Assembly: GCA_041484665.1 (NCBI GenBank)
Contig: JBGPIA010000008.1
Coordinates: forward strand, 120,701-184,700
Source of the DNA: Candidatus Krumholzibacteriia bacterium
GTDB taxonomy: Bacteria > Krumholzibacteriota > Krumholzibacteriia > JAJRXK01
Direction of reading: 5' to 3'
DNA length: 64,000 bases
Numbering within the stretch: the stretch's first letter is position 1; each line of letters opens with the position of its first letter. A program made the position numbers and the translations under genes. The notes below the pieces were generated by a model that saw only the letters and a program-made list of their open reading frames with translations, searched no databases and was not told the origin of the DNA. Positions 19,826 through 28,813 of this stretch are shown here, piece after piece.

Positions 19826-19839
19826 TCTACGATCGTAGA
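19826..19839. promoter_or_regulatory. Perfect 14-bp palindrome in a divergent intergenic region (operator or bidirectional -10)
   Basis: TCTACGATCGTAGA is its own reverse complement and contains TACGAT on both strands. Confidence 0.5.
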
Positions 19840-20015
19840 TCTCTTGGCCTCGGGCGCGATATAGGGAAAACTCTGATGCGGCCACGACGTCGCAGAAGTT
19901 GTTCAGGGACAGCGGGCGGCAGCGGCGCGGGGAGCGATGGGCGCCCGACCCGCGCCCCGGGGACCCCCGGGGCGGCTTGCATCTGCCGGTCCCTTGTGCT
20001 CTGCTCAGGCGCAGC

Positions 20016-22691
20016 ATGCATCCCTTCCTCATCGCTGCTTGCGTCCTGCTCGCCGCTGCCTGCCAGGAGCGCGCGCTCGGTCTCAACGGTCAGGCGCCCA
20101 ATACCTTGCTTGGACTGGTCGCGCTGGTTCTCGCCCTGGTCGCGCTGGTCGGGCCTGCGCCCTCCCCTGCGGAGCCCGGCGGGGGGGCTGCCGCTTCGCC
20201 CGCCCGGCCCACCGCCCAGCCCACGATCGGGCGCCGCGTTTGGGCTGGCGGCATCGCCGGCACTGCCCTGATGCTGTTGGGGCTCATCGCCTGGATTGGC
20301 GGAGTTCGCATCGCGCAGCCGTTCGCCCTGGCTGTGGCATTGGGCGGGGCGGTTCTGGTGCAGCGCCCGGGCGGCTCGCACCAGCGGCTCGCGGGCGCCC
20401 TGCTCGGCTTCGCCCTGCTGCATGCCACCTGCGTGACCGTGCGGGACCACCTCCCGCTCTGGTGGCTGTACGAGCGCGCGAGCGTCGGATTCAGCGGCGC
20501 TGTTTCGGAGCTCAGCGGCCGCCGGCTGGCCCTGGGTCCCCAGTACGCGGGGACGCATCTGGGCGTGATCGCCGGCGTCTACGCAGCGGCGCATCTGCTC
20601 GGTGCCCGGCAGCGGCGCTGGATGTGGGCCGTGCTCGTGCTCGCTCTGCTCCCGCTGGCGGTGGCCCTGCACGTGGCGCTGGGCACGATCGCCTGGTGGT
20701 GGCCGTGGGCGGCCCAGCAGCCGCTGCTGGACGGCGTCGACGCTCCCATCATCCTGTTCGGATTGCTGCTGCTGCCGATTGGATTGCTGTGGCGAACCCA
20801 ACCGCTCGCGCCGCGCGGGGGTGGCCCGCGGGTACGGTCGCAGCCAGGGTCGCAGCCGGACTCTCAGCCCCCGTCGCAGCCACGGTCGCAGCCGGGGTCT
20901 CTGGCCGCCCGCAGGCCGTGGCTCGCCGCGGGCGTGGGCCTCACTCTGCTGGTGCTGGGGATCATCCTCGCCACCTGGGAGCGCGCCGTCCCGGCCGCGC
21001 ACGGCCGGGTCACGATCTGCACGCGTGGCACCTGGTCGACGAAGCTTCCGGTCTGGGGCCTCTACGGCAGCCAGGCGACGACCGGTGCGAACGCCTCTGC
21101 TCTCCCGTTGCTGCTGCAGGACGCCGGCTTCACGGTGGCTCTCCACGACACCGTGATCGATGACGCGCTGCTGCAGGGCACCGACGTGCTGTTCTTCATG
21201 GACCTGGGCGAGAAGCTGGACCCGGCCGAGCGGCAGGCCATCTGGCGGTTCGTCGAGCGCGGCGGCGGACTGCTGGTGCTGGGCGACCACACGGACATCC
21301 AGGGTGTGATGCACCCGACCAACGAGCTGCTGGAGCCCGTGGGAGTCCGCCTGAAGTTCGACTCGGCGATCCCGTTCGTGCCGCGCTGGACCTGGTACAA
21401 CGCCATGCGCCTGCACCCGCATCCAGCGTTGCGCGGCTTGCGCGACGAGAGCGACGTGAAGGTGAGCGTGGGCGCGTCGCTGCAGGCGCCGCCCGGGGCG
21501 CGGCCGCTCCTGACCGGCCGCCTCGCGTTCAGCGACGCGGGCAACCTGTACAACGCCCGGGGCGCCTATCTGGGGAACATGCAGTACGACGCCGGCGAGC
21601 GCACCGGGGACATCCTGCTTGCCGTAGAGGCGCGCTATGGACGCGGCAAGGTGGTGGTGTTCGGTGACACGTCTTCCTTCCAGGTCACCTCGTCCCCCAA
21701 TACCGTGCAGATGGTGTGCGGGCTGTTCCAGTACCTGGCCGATCCGCGCGGCCACGGCCCCGGCGCCGGCCGTCGTCTGGCCGGGAGCCTGCTGCTCGTT
21801 GCCGGCGCGCTCCTGCTGGTGGCCAGCGGCGAGCTGCTGCCGGCCGCTCTGGCCGCGGCCGCGGTGGCCGGTTGGCTGGCCCTGGCCGCCACCGACGCGC
21901 ACGGACGGGTCGACGCGCCGCGTCCCACGCACGGCGCGCTCGCCTACCTCGACCTGGCGCATGGCAACCGCGTCGACCTGCACGCCGGCCAGGTCAACGG
22001 CATCAACGGCCTGCTCCTCACTCTGATGCGAGCCGGTTTGCTGCCGCAGGGGCACAAGGACTTCGATCCGAGCGCCCTGCAACGTGCGGAGCTGGCCGTG
22101 GTGGATGCGCCCGCCTTCTCGTTCTCGGCCGGCGAGATCCGCGCCCTGCACCACTACGTTGAGCAGGGTGGCAATCTGATCGTGTCGGTCGGCTGGGAGG
22201 AGCGCAACGGTGCCCAGGCACTCTTGTCCAGCTTCGGCTACGCCATCGGGCGTACGCCCATCGGCGCCGCCCACGACGCGATCTGCAGCATCGACCGCCA
22301 TTACGCCAACATGCACGAGTCGTGGCCGGTGGAGCGCCCCGCGGCGCGCGGCGAGGTGCTCGTCAGCTCATGGAACTACCCGCTGATCGTGCTCGAGGCG
22401 ATCGGCAAGGGTCACTTGCTGGTCATCGGAGACTCATTCTTCCTGCTGGACGGCAACCTCGAGAGCAGCGAGTCGTTCAACGCCAACAACATCCTGTTCG
22501 TGCGCGCGGTGCTCGAGCGCATGCTTGGGCGGGAGCTGGGGCCGCCTGAGGAGCCGTCCCACCGTTCCGTGCGGATCGCGCCGCGGACGGCAGACCAGCC
22601 CGCGCAACCCGCGGCAGCCGGCGCCGGCGACACTCCAGCACGGCACGATCCGGTCACGCCACCACGGCGCTCGCACGGAGGGACCCCGTGA
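20016..22691 (+). CDS. Polytopic membrane protein with two GATase1-like (DUF4350/GldG-GIFT-like) domains, paralog A
   Basis: Multi-TM N-terminus; TDVLFF..ERQAIWRFVERGGGLLVLGDHT..YGRGKVVVFGDTS; TM pair; EIRALHHYVEQGGNLIV..GKGHLLVIGDS; ORF track start 19899. Confidence 0.7.
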   Translation: MHPFLIAACVLLAAACQERALGLNGQAPNTLLGLVALVLALVALVGPAPSPAEPGGGAAASPARPTAQPTIGRRVWAGGIAGTALMLLGLIAWIGGVRIAQPFALAVALGGAVLVQRPGGSHQRLAGALLGFALLHATCVTVRDHLPLWWLYERASVGFSGAVSELSGRRLALGPQYAGTHLGVIAGVYAAAHLLGARQRRWMWAVLVLALLPLAVALHVALGTIAWWWPWAAQQPLLDGVDAPIILFGLLLLPIGLLWRTQPLAPRGGGPRVRSQPGSQPDSQPPSQPRSQPGSLAARRPWLAAGVGLTLLVLGIILATWERAVPAAHGRVTICTRGTWSTKLPVWGLYGSQATTGANASALPLLLQDAGFTVALHDTVIDDALLQGTDVLFFMDLGEKLDPAERQAIWRFVERGGGLLVLGDHTDIQGVMHPTNELLEPVGVRLKFDSAIPFVPRWTWYNAMRLHPHPALRGLRDESDVKVSVGASLQAPPGARPLLTGRLAFSDAGNLYNARGAYLGNMQYDAGERTGDILLAVEARYGRGKVVVFGDTSSFQVTSSPNTVQMVCGLFQYLADPRGHGPGAGRRLAGSLLLVAGALLLVASGELLPAALAAAAVAGWLALAATDAHGRVDAPRPTHGALAYLDLAHGNRVDLHAGQVNGINGLLLTLMRAGLLPQGHKDFDPSALQRAELAVVDAPAFSFSAGEIRALHHYVEQGGNLIVSVGWEERNGAQALLSSFGYAIGRTPIGAAHDAICSIDRHYANMHESWPVERPAARGEVLVSSWNYPLIVLEAIGKGHLLVIGDSFFLLDGNLESSESFNANNILFVRAVLERMLGRELGPPEEPSHRSVRIAPRTADQPAQPAAAGAGDTPARHDPVTPPRRSHGGTP
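20835..20897 (+). repeat. Imperfect 12-bp tandem repeat encoding (xSQP)5 linker
   Basis: RSQPGSQPDSQPPSQPRSQPG. Confidence 0.7.
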
Positions 22692-25435
22692 CGCTGCTCT
22701 GGCTCGCCGCACTACTGGTTGCCGTGGGCTGGGTGGAGCTCTTGCCCACCGTCGGAGCGCCACGCACGTCGCTGGGCGTGGTGGAAATCGTGTGCGCTGC
22801 GGCTGCCACGGGCGTCGCGCTGCGGCGCGTGCGCGTGCGTCTGCGGGCTCGGACGCGCCTGCTGCTGATCGCGGCCGGGATCGCGGCCATCGCCGTGCTC
22901 CCCTTCCCCTATGGCCTGGGGCTGTTCCTGGTGGCCCTGGCCAGCGGGCTGCTTTGGCTGCCAGCGCCGCGGCCGCCCGCGCTGCTGCAAGGCGCGATCG
23001 CGGCGCTGGGAGGCGTCGGGCTCGCGCTGGCCGTCCTGGGAGCGCTCAGCCCCGTCTACTTCCTGGTGGCCGCCCGCGTCCACGAGCTGGGACCGCTCAC
23101 CTATCCGGTGAGCTGGGCGCTGCGGCTGCTGGCGCAGCACGCCAGCGCGGATCCACCGTTCGTGCACCTGGGGGCGGTCGGCGGAGTCGTGACCTTCGAC
23201 GTGAGCCTGGAGAAGCTGGGCGGCTACCCGCTGTTGTGCTTCGTGGCCGTCGCCGCGTTGCTGGTTTTCCTGGCCGGAGGGCGCCGCTCGTGGAGCGCGC
23301 TGTTCGCCCTGCTCGGGCTGGGAGCGATCTACGGGCTGCTGCGCCTGCTGCTGCTGTCGCTGCTGCAGCAGGGAGGCGAAATCCCCGAGATCTACTACAA
23401 CCGCGTCTGGGACTGCGGAGGGCTGGCCGTGCTCTGCGGCTTCTGCGTGCTCGCGCTCGTCGTGCGCGGGGGCGCCGTGGTGGATGCGCAGACGGTGGGT
23501 GAGCAGGGAGCGCCGGCAGCCTCGGGCGGACCGGCCGCCGCGGCGAGGCGTCCGGATCGCGAGCTCACGTTGGCGCTGTTATCGGCCGCCCTGGCGCTGG
23601 CCGTGGTCGGCGCCTACGGCTACCAGGACCCTGGCCATCCGAAGCGCGGCCGCGTCATGATCGATGAGGCCCACTCCAACTGGGAGTGGAGCACGATTGC
23701 ACTGGATACCGAGTCCTACGGTGTGCAGACGGTCTACAACTACTCGGAAATGATGCGCTACTTCGGCCATTACTACGAGGACATCACCAACTTCGACAGT
23801 CTCACGACCGACGTGCTGGCCAAGACGGACGTGCTGATCCTCAAGACCCCCACGCGTCCCTACGCGGAGGCCGAGGTCGACGCCATCGTGCGCTTCGTCG
23901 AGCAAGGCGGCGGTCTGTGGTTGGTGGGCGACCACACGAACATCTTCGGGATGAGCAGCAACCTCAATCGCGTCGCGCGGCGCTTCGGCATGCGCTACAA
24001 CTACAATGCGGTGGTTGACCTGCTGACGCGCGGCCGCCAGCTCTATCTGCACCCGCGCCTGCTGGCGCATCCCGCCGTGATCAACATGCCGCCGCTGCTG
24101 CTGGCGACCTCCTGCAGCATGCAGGCGCCACTGAGCAGCCGCGACGTGATGATCGGGCAGTCCCTGCTCGCCGATCAGCTCGACTACTCGCAGAACACGT
24201 TCTTCGGCAACTTCGCCCCCGACCCGTTCGAGCCGTTCGGCACGATCCTGCAATCGGCGGCGACGACGCGCGGGAAGGGACGCGTGCTGCTGTTCAGCGA
24301 CAGCACGGTTTTCAGCAACTTCTTCATGTTCATCCAGGGCAAGGCGGAGCTGGCGCTGGGCAGCGTGGCGTGGCTGATGCGGGAGAACCACACCACCTGG
24401 GTGCCGCCCTTCCTGGCCGCGTGCGCGTTGCTGTTGGCCATCGCGGCGGCGACGCTCGCGGCACGCTTGAACCGCCTGCGCGCGCTAACGGCCGCGCTGG
24501 GTCCGGGAGCGCTCGCGTTCATCGTGGGCGCGCTGCTGCTCACCGCCCAGACCAAGCGCGCCTACCCCCTGCCCTCGCCCCACCAGGAGCCGCCGTGGAT
24601 CGCCTTCGAGCGGGGGCACTGCTCCTACGGGCTGCCCGAGACCCATGAGATCCCCGACAACTCGGCGGAGAGCCATCAGACCTTCTACGTGTGGACGGGG
24701 CGCGTAGGCTACATGCCGTTCACGGCACCGCTGGCGCAGTGCCTGCAGCGGGCGCGGATCCTCGTGCTGGTCAACCCACGCGATCCGTTCGATACAGCCA
24801 GCCGCGACGCAATCGAGCGGTTCGTGCGGGACGGGGGCCGCCTCCTGGTGTTCGACTCCCCGCATGTCGGGCAGGTGCAGATCCGCGAGCACGGTCAAGA
24901 GCGTAGCGCAACCATCGGGACGACGGCCAATGACCTGTTGCCCGCCTTTGGGATCCGCATGCTCGGGGCCGAGGTCGACTCGGTGGTGGCGATCAGCACC
25001 GCGACCAAGGACTCGGTGACCATGCTCTACCACGTGGGCGCGCTGGAGGGCGGCACACCGTTGCTGACTCGTCCCGACGGAACCCCGATCCTCGTGGTGG
25101 CCGATCACGGCCGGGGAAAGGTCGCGGCCATCTGCGCCTCGGACAGCTTCACCGACGCGGTGCTGGGCACCACGTCGCAAATCCCCTCGCCGGAGCAGCT
25201 CGCGCTCTATCGGATCGAGTTCTCGCTGCTGGACGACGTGCTGCGCCCGCCAGACGTGCCGCGCCCGGTGCGCACGCCACCGCCAGTGCGGCCGTCCTCG
25301 TCCGCGCGTACGTCGTTCGCGCCGGCTGGCGCGCCGGCTGGCGCGCCAGCCGCCACGCCCGGCACCACGCCCACCCCCGTCCCGTCCGGGCCCAACGCGC
25401 CTGCAGCGCGGATCCCCGCCCAGACACCACGGTAG
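22688..25435 (+). CDS. Polytopic membrane protein with exosortase-like TM segment and two GATase1-like domains, paralog B
   Basis: GTGA overlap with paralog A; RVMIDEAHSNWE..TDVLILKTP..AIVRFVEQGGGLWLVGDHT..GKGRVLLFSDST; second domain AIERFVRDGGRLLVFD..GRGKV. Confidence 0.7.
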   Translation: MTLLWLAALLVAVGWVELLPTVGAPRTSLGVVEIVCAAAATGVALRRVRVRLRARTRLLLIAAGIAAIAVLPFPYGLGLFLVALASGLLWLPAPRPPALLQGAIAALGGVGLALAVLGALSPVYFLVAARVHELGPLTYPVSWALRLLAQHASADPPFVHLGAVGGVVTFDVSLEKLGGYPLLCFVAVAALLVFLAGGRRSWSALFALLGLGAIYGLLRLLLLSLLQQGGEIPEIYYNRVWDCGGLAVLCGFCVLALVVRGGAVVDAQTVGEQGAPAASGGPAAAARRPDRELTLALLSAALALAVVGAYGYQDPGHPKRGRVMIDEAHSNWEWSTIALDTESYGVQTVYNYSEMMRYFGHYYEDITNFDSLTTDVLAKTDVLILKTPTRPYAEAEVDAIVRFVEQGGGLWLVGDHTNIFGMSSNLNRVARRFGMRYNYNAVVDLLTRGRQLYLHPRLLAHPAVINMPPLLLATSCSMQAPLSSRDVMIGQSLLADQLDYSQNTFFGNFAPDPFEPFGTILQSAATTRGKGRVLLFSDSTVFSNFFMFIQGKAELALGSVAWLMRENHTTWVPPFLAACALLLAIAAATLAARLNRLRALTAALGPGALAFIVGALLLTAQTKRAYPLPSPHQEPPWIAFERGHCSYGLPETHEIPDNSAESHQTFYVWTGRVGYMPFTAPLAQCLQRARILVLVNPRDPFDTASRDAIERFVRDGGRLLVFDSPHVGQVQIREHGQERSATIGTTANDLLPAFGIRMLGAEVDSVVAISTATKDSVTMLYHVGALEGGTPLLTRPDGTPILVVADHGRGKVAAICASDSFTDAVLGTTSQIPSPEQLALYRIEFSLLDDVLRPPDVPRPVRTPPPVRPSSSARTSFAPAGAPAGAPAATPGTTPTPVPSGPNAPAARIPAQTPR

Positions 25436-27258
25436 GGCAGCGCGCCCTGCAGCGGCCCCGCGCCGGCAACGGCGCGCTCGATCAGCATGCGCCATGCACG
25501 GCGCGCATCGCGCAGGGCACAGGCCGCCTCGGCCGCGGTGGCGGGCAGGACCGCGATGGTGCGGCTGCGATGGTAGCAACCGTCGCCGAACGCGGCGCCC
25601 ATCGGCCAGCACAGCGCGCCCGGCGCGCAGCTCCAGTGCCGCGGTACTCCCCAGGCACGCTCGTCCTGCGGCAGGATCACGCGCAGCGCCACGTCGATCG
25701 ACGCGTCCCAGGGTGTGGCCGTGAGGCCCCGGCCGGTGGACTCCACACGCGTCCAGCGCCCGGGCGCCAGCCGCGCCTCCACCACGAAGTGCTCCTGCGT
25801 TGCCGCGTCCACGGGAATTACGGAAAGCAGCCGCGCCGGGATGCCCCGGGCGCGCAGCAGCGCTGCGAGCAGGTTGGCGTGACCGGTGCAGACGCCGAAG
25901 CCGCGCCGCAGCGTCGAGAGCGCATCCTGATTGCCCAGCGGCCGGATCGCGATCGCGCAGCGCTTGAAGGACTCGGCGGCGCGCGCGACGGTCGCCGGCG
26001 GGGCCCCCGCCGGCGCCAGCGATCGCGCCGCGGCAACGATCTCCGGCGCGCCGGACTGGATCGCGGGCGAGGGCGCGCTCCAGCAGGCGTCGTCGTCCAG
26101 CGGGAGGTCAGCCGGCAGGATCGGCGCCCCCTGCGCCAGCACGACCTGCTCCTCCCAGTACACAAAGAGCAGAGTGTCCTGCGGCTCGGTCGAGAGCTCC
26201 ACGTGCACGGAAGCGTTGCCGCGCTCCTCGAGCAGCCGGAACGAGAGGATGCGGTCCGCGGGCTGTGTGCGCAGCGCCAGCCGCAGAGGCGCTTGGTGTT
26301 GCTCGATGGGAGGAACGGCGAATCGCAGCCATGATCGGCCCGCGGACGACGCCGGGCGCAGCACGTACGCGCCCTCGGCGAGAACGATTTGCAGCCGCGC
26401 CTGGGGCGCTGACCGAATCGCCGCGCCCACCGACTCATCCGCTGCCTCGCCCGGCTCCGCCCGCGGCGCGCGCGCTACGGCGTCCGGTCCAGCGGACCGG
26501 CCGTAGGGATCGAGCCGCCAGGGCGGGCCCGCCACATCGCTCGCACGCGCGAGCTGCAGCGCGCGAAAGCTGGCCGCGCCGGAGCCGTAGAGCCCAGCGC
26601 GCACCAGCACGGTCTGTGTCCCAGCGGGGAGGACCAGCGAGCGCTCGAAACGGCGCCACGGCTGCGTGCCGCCCAGGTCGCCGGCGGCGCGTAGCGGGAA
26701 GCGCGCCAGCTCGCGATCCTGGGCGAAGCACTGCAGCACGACGTTGGCGGCGACCGCTTCAGCCGTCGCCATCCAGCCGCCCAGCAGCAGGCGATCGCCC
26801 GCGCGCACACCCTCCACCCGCTGTGTCCAGGAGCGGAGGTAGCCCTGATCCGGCCGGGCAACGACGATGCTGGCGACGCCGTCCTCGATCGCGAAGCGTG
26901 CCCGCGGCGCGCGGCGGGGCTCGGCAGCCGCCTGCGCCGGCGCCACCCGGCCCAAGTCGGCAAGCGCGCGCGTGTGCGTCGCGCCAACCGAGTCAGCGGC
27001 CGCGGGCCCCGGCGGCACGCGCTGCGAATCGGCGGGCGCGACCGCGCGCGAGCGACCCACCGCGCGCCAGGCGATGGGTTGGCCCTGCTCCAGCTGCGTG
27101 AAGTCACCGTTGCGCAGCAGGTTCTGTGGCGCGCGCGCCCACGACGCAGGGGCCGCCGCGCACGACCCGGTGCGGGATCTCCCGACGGGCGGCGCGCCAG
27201 GCGCCGCACACGACGCCACGCACGCGAGCGCCACCGCTGCAATCCGCCCAGCGCTCAC
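25207..27258 (-). CDS. Putative lipoprotein: carbohydrate-binding-like domain + transglutaminase-like domain
   Basis: AAVALACVASC signal; NLLRNGDF..GTQPWRRFE (CBM-like); GVCTGHANLLAALLRARGIPAR..H..E..W (transglutaminase core); GTG overlaps the upstream stop. Confidence 0.75.
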   Translation of the reverse strand: MSAGRIAAVALACVASCAAPGAPPVGRSRTGSCAAAPASWARAPQNLLRNGDFTQLEQGQPIAWRAVGRSRAVAPADSQRVPPGPAAADSVGATHTRALADLGRVAPAQAAAEPRRAPRARFAIEDGVASIVVARPDQGYLRSWTQRVEGVRAGDRLLLGGWMATAEAVAANVVLQCFAQDRELARFPLRAAGDLGGTQPWRRFERSLVLPAGTQTVLVRAGLYGSGAASFRALQLARASDVAGPPWRLDPYGRSAGPDAVARAPRAEPGEAADESVGAAIRSAPQARLQIVLAEGAYVLRPASSAGRSWLRFAVPPIEQHQAPLRLALRTQPADRILSFRLLEERGNASVHVELSTEPQDTLLFVYWEEQVVLAQGAPILPADLPLDDDACWSAPSPAIQSGAPEIVAAARSLAPAGAPPATVARAAESFKRCAIAIRPLGNQDALSTLRRGFGVCTGHANLLAALLRARGIPARLLSVIPVDAATQEHFVVEARLAPGRWTRVESTGRGLTATPWDASIDVALRVILPQDERAWGVPRHWSCAPGALCWPMGAAFGDGCYHRSRTIAVLPATAAEAACALRDARRAWRMLIERAVAGAGPLQGALPYRGVWAGIRAAGALGPDGTGVGVVPGVAAGAPAGAPAGANDVRADEDGRTGGGVRTGRGTSGGRSTSSSSENSIR

Positions 27259-28385
27259 GGCGTGATCCCGTGGTCCTTCAGCCACCCCTGCCACAGCGCG
27301 CGCACGGAGTCAGGGACCGCGGCCCGAGCCGCCCCGCTCCGGCGCGCCAGCGCGGACCAGGGCGCCGCGCCCACGGGCAGGCTGTCGCAGGGGCTGCGGA
27401 CGAGCAAGGGCTGCAGCCCGTCCTGCGAGGTGAGTGCGCCAGGATCGGCCTCGCAGTTGCCGTCGACCTCGATCGCCGGCGGTTTGCATGCGCCGCCCGC
27501 GGCACCGCCTTCGTTCTGCCACACGAGATTGCGGTGCAGCACCGCCGGCTTCTGCTCTCCAAGCAGGTAGACGGCGGCGCCCTTGCGGCTGCGGGCGATC
27601 ACGTTGTCCCGGATCAGCGCCGGCGAATCGTCCAGGTAGATTCCGCCGCCGCTGCTGGTGGCCGCGTTGCCGATCATCGTGTTGCCGATGATCACCGGAG
27701 TCGAGACGTGCGCCAGGACCGCCCCGCCCGACACGGCGTCGTTGTCGACGATGAGGTTGTTGTAGACGAGCGGCGCGCACCGCGCGTAGGCGGCCACGGC
27801 TCCGCCCAGGTATCCCTCGGCGCGCCGCATCACGTTGCAGGCGATCACCGCGTTGCTGCCATGGTTCATGTACACGCAGGGGCCCAGGTAGCCCAGGTGG
27901 TCCTGGATGATATTGAAAACCACGAGGGGGCTGGAGCCCTCCAGATAGATGCCGCCGCCGCCCGAGTTGGGGTGGTCCCGGCGGCCGTGCTGGAGCGTGA
28001 AGCCCTGGATGAGGGTGGAGGCGTCGAGCTGCTGGCCGAACAGCACGTAGCGATCTCCCGCCGCATCGAGGATGGTCGAGTCAGCGCCGGAGGCGCTCAT
28101 CAGCGCGACACCTGACTTGAGCGTGACCGTCTTCTCATAGCGCCCCAGTCCCACCAAAACCGTATCGCCCGCGGCAGCGGCCGCCATCGCCGTCTGGATG
28201 GTCGGTGCCGCGTTCCGCCATGTCGCAAACGGGGGAGCGCCGTGACCGTCGGGGCGCACGTGCAGCACAGCCGCCGCCGCGACACCCGCGCACAGCGACG
28301 CCGCAACGACGAGCGGGAGCAACCGGACACGCAGCACCAACGACCGGTGCCGGATCGCCGCGAGCGGGACCTGTAGACGCTTCAT
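27255..28385 (-). CDS. Secreted right-handed parallel beta-helix (pectin-lyase-fold) protein
   Basis: Signal peptide; TIQTAM..A..GDTVLV..GRY; repeated GGGIY/GGAV + N-ladder motifs. Confidence 0.8.
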   Translation of the reverse strand: MKRLQVPLAAIRHRSLVLRVRLLPLVVAASLCAGVAAAAVLHVRPDGHGAPPFATWRNAAPTIQTAMAAAAAGDTVLVGLGRYEKTVTLKSGVALMSASGADSTILDAAGDRYVLFGQQLDASTLIQGFTLQHGRRDHPNSGGGGIYLEGSSPLVVFNIIQDHLGYLGPCVYMNHGSNAVIACNVMRRAEGYLGGAVAAYARCAPLVYNNLIVDNDAVSGGAVLAHVSTPVIIGNTMIGNAATSSGGGIYLDDSPALIRDNVIARSRKGAAVYLLGEQKPAVLHRNLVWQNEGGAAGGACKPPAIEVDGNCEADPGALTSQDGLQPLLVRSPCDSLPVGAAPWSALARRSGAARAAVPDSVRALWQGWLKDHGITP

Positions 28386-28557
28386 CGATCTCCCCGGGGG
28401 GTGCGGATCGTATCAACCTAACGCAGCGGGCGGTGACGATCCAGGCTGCCAGCAGGCGAGGAGCGTCCAGCGCCCGCCGCACTCCACCCTATGGTACGAT
28501 TGTGGACGGCTTCCAGCCCTGCCATCGCCCACCCCTGAGCTCCCCGGAGGTCCCTCC

Positions 28558-28785
28558 ATGCCCAGGAGGCTGTGCCCGCTTGCCCCGTTCCTGCTCGTTT
28601 CCTTGCTGTGCGCGGCGCGCGCGTGGGGTGACGTCCAGGCGCCGGTGAGCACTCGGCTTCCGCGCCAGCCACCGCCGCCGCAGGCCGGCCAGTGGTTCCA
28701 GCAGCCGATGTCGGCTGCGGCGAGCGGCGCTTCGCGGTGGACCCATTCCGCGCGGCCGGTGCGCAACATGGTCCTGCTGCGCTGA
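28558..28785 (+). CDS. Small protein with signal peptide, or gene remnant
   Basis: GGAGG RBS; MPRR + hydrophobic stretch + ARA/AWG cleavage-like site; 75 aa. Confidence 0.35.
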   Translation: MPRRLCPLAPFLLVSLLCAARAWGDVQAPVSTRLPRQPPPPQAGQWFQQPMSAAASGASRWTHSARPVRNMVLLR

Positions 28786-28813
28786 GGTGCCCGTGTGGAA
28801 CCTGCAGCGGGAG

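Noticed and set aside
19827..22316. 829-aa minus-strand ORF and similar long antisense ORFs (14158-16188, 11455-13299, 53590-55557, 44703-46811)
   Set aside because: Overlap well-supported genes; composition typical of GC-rich shadow frames
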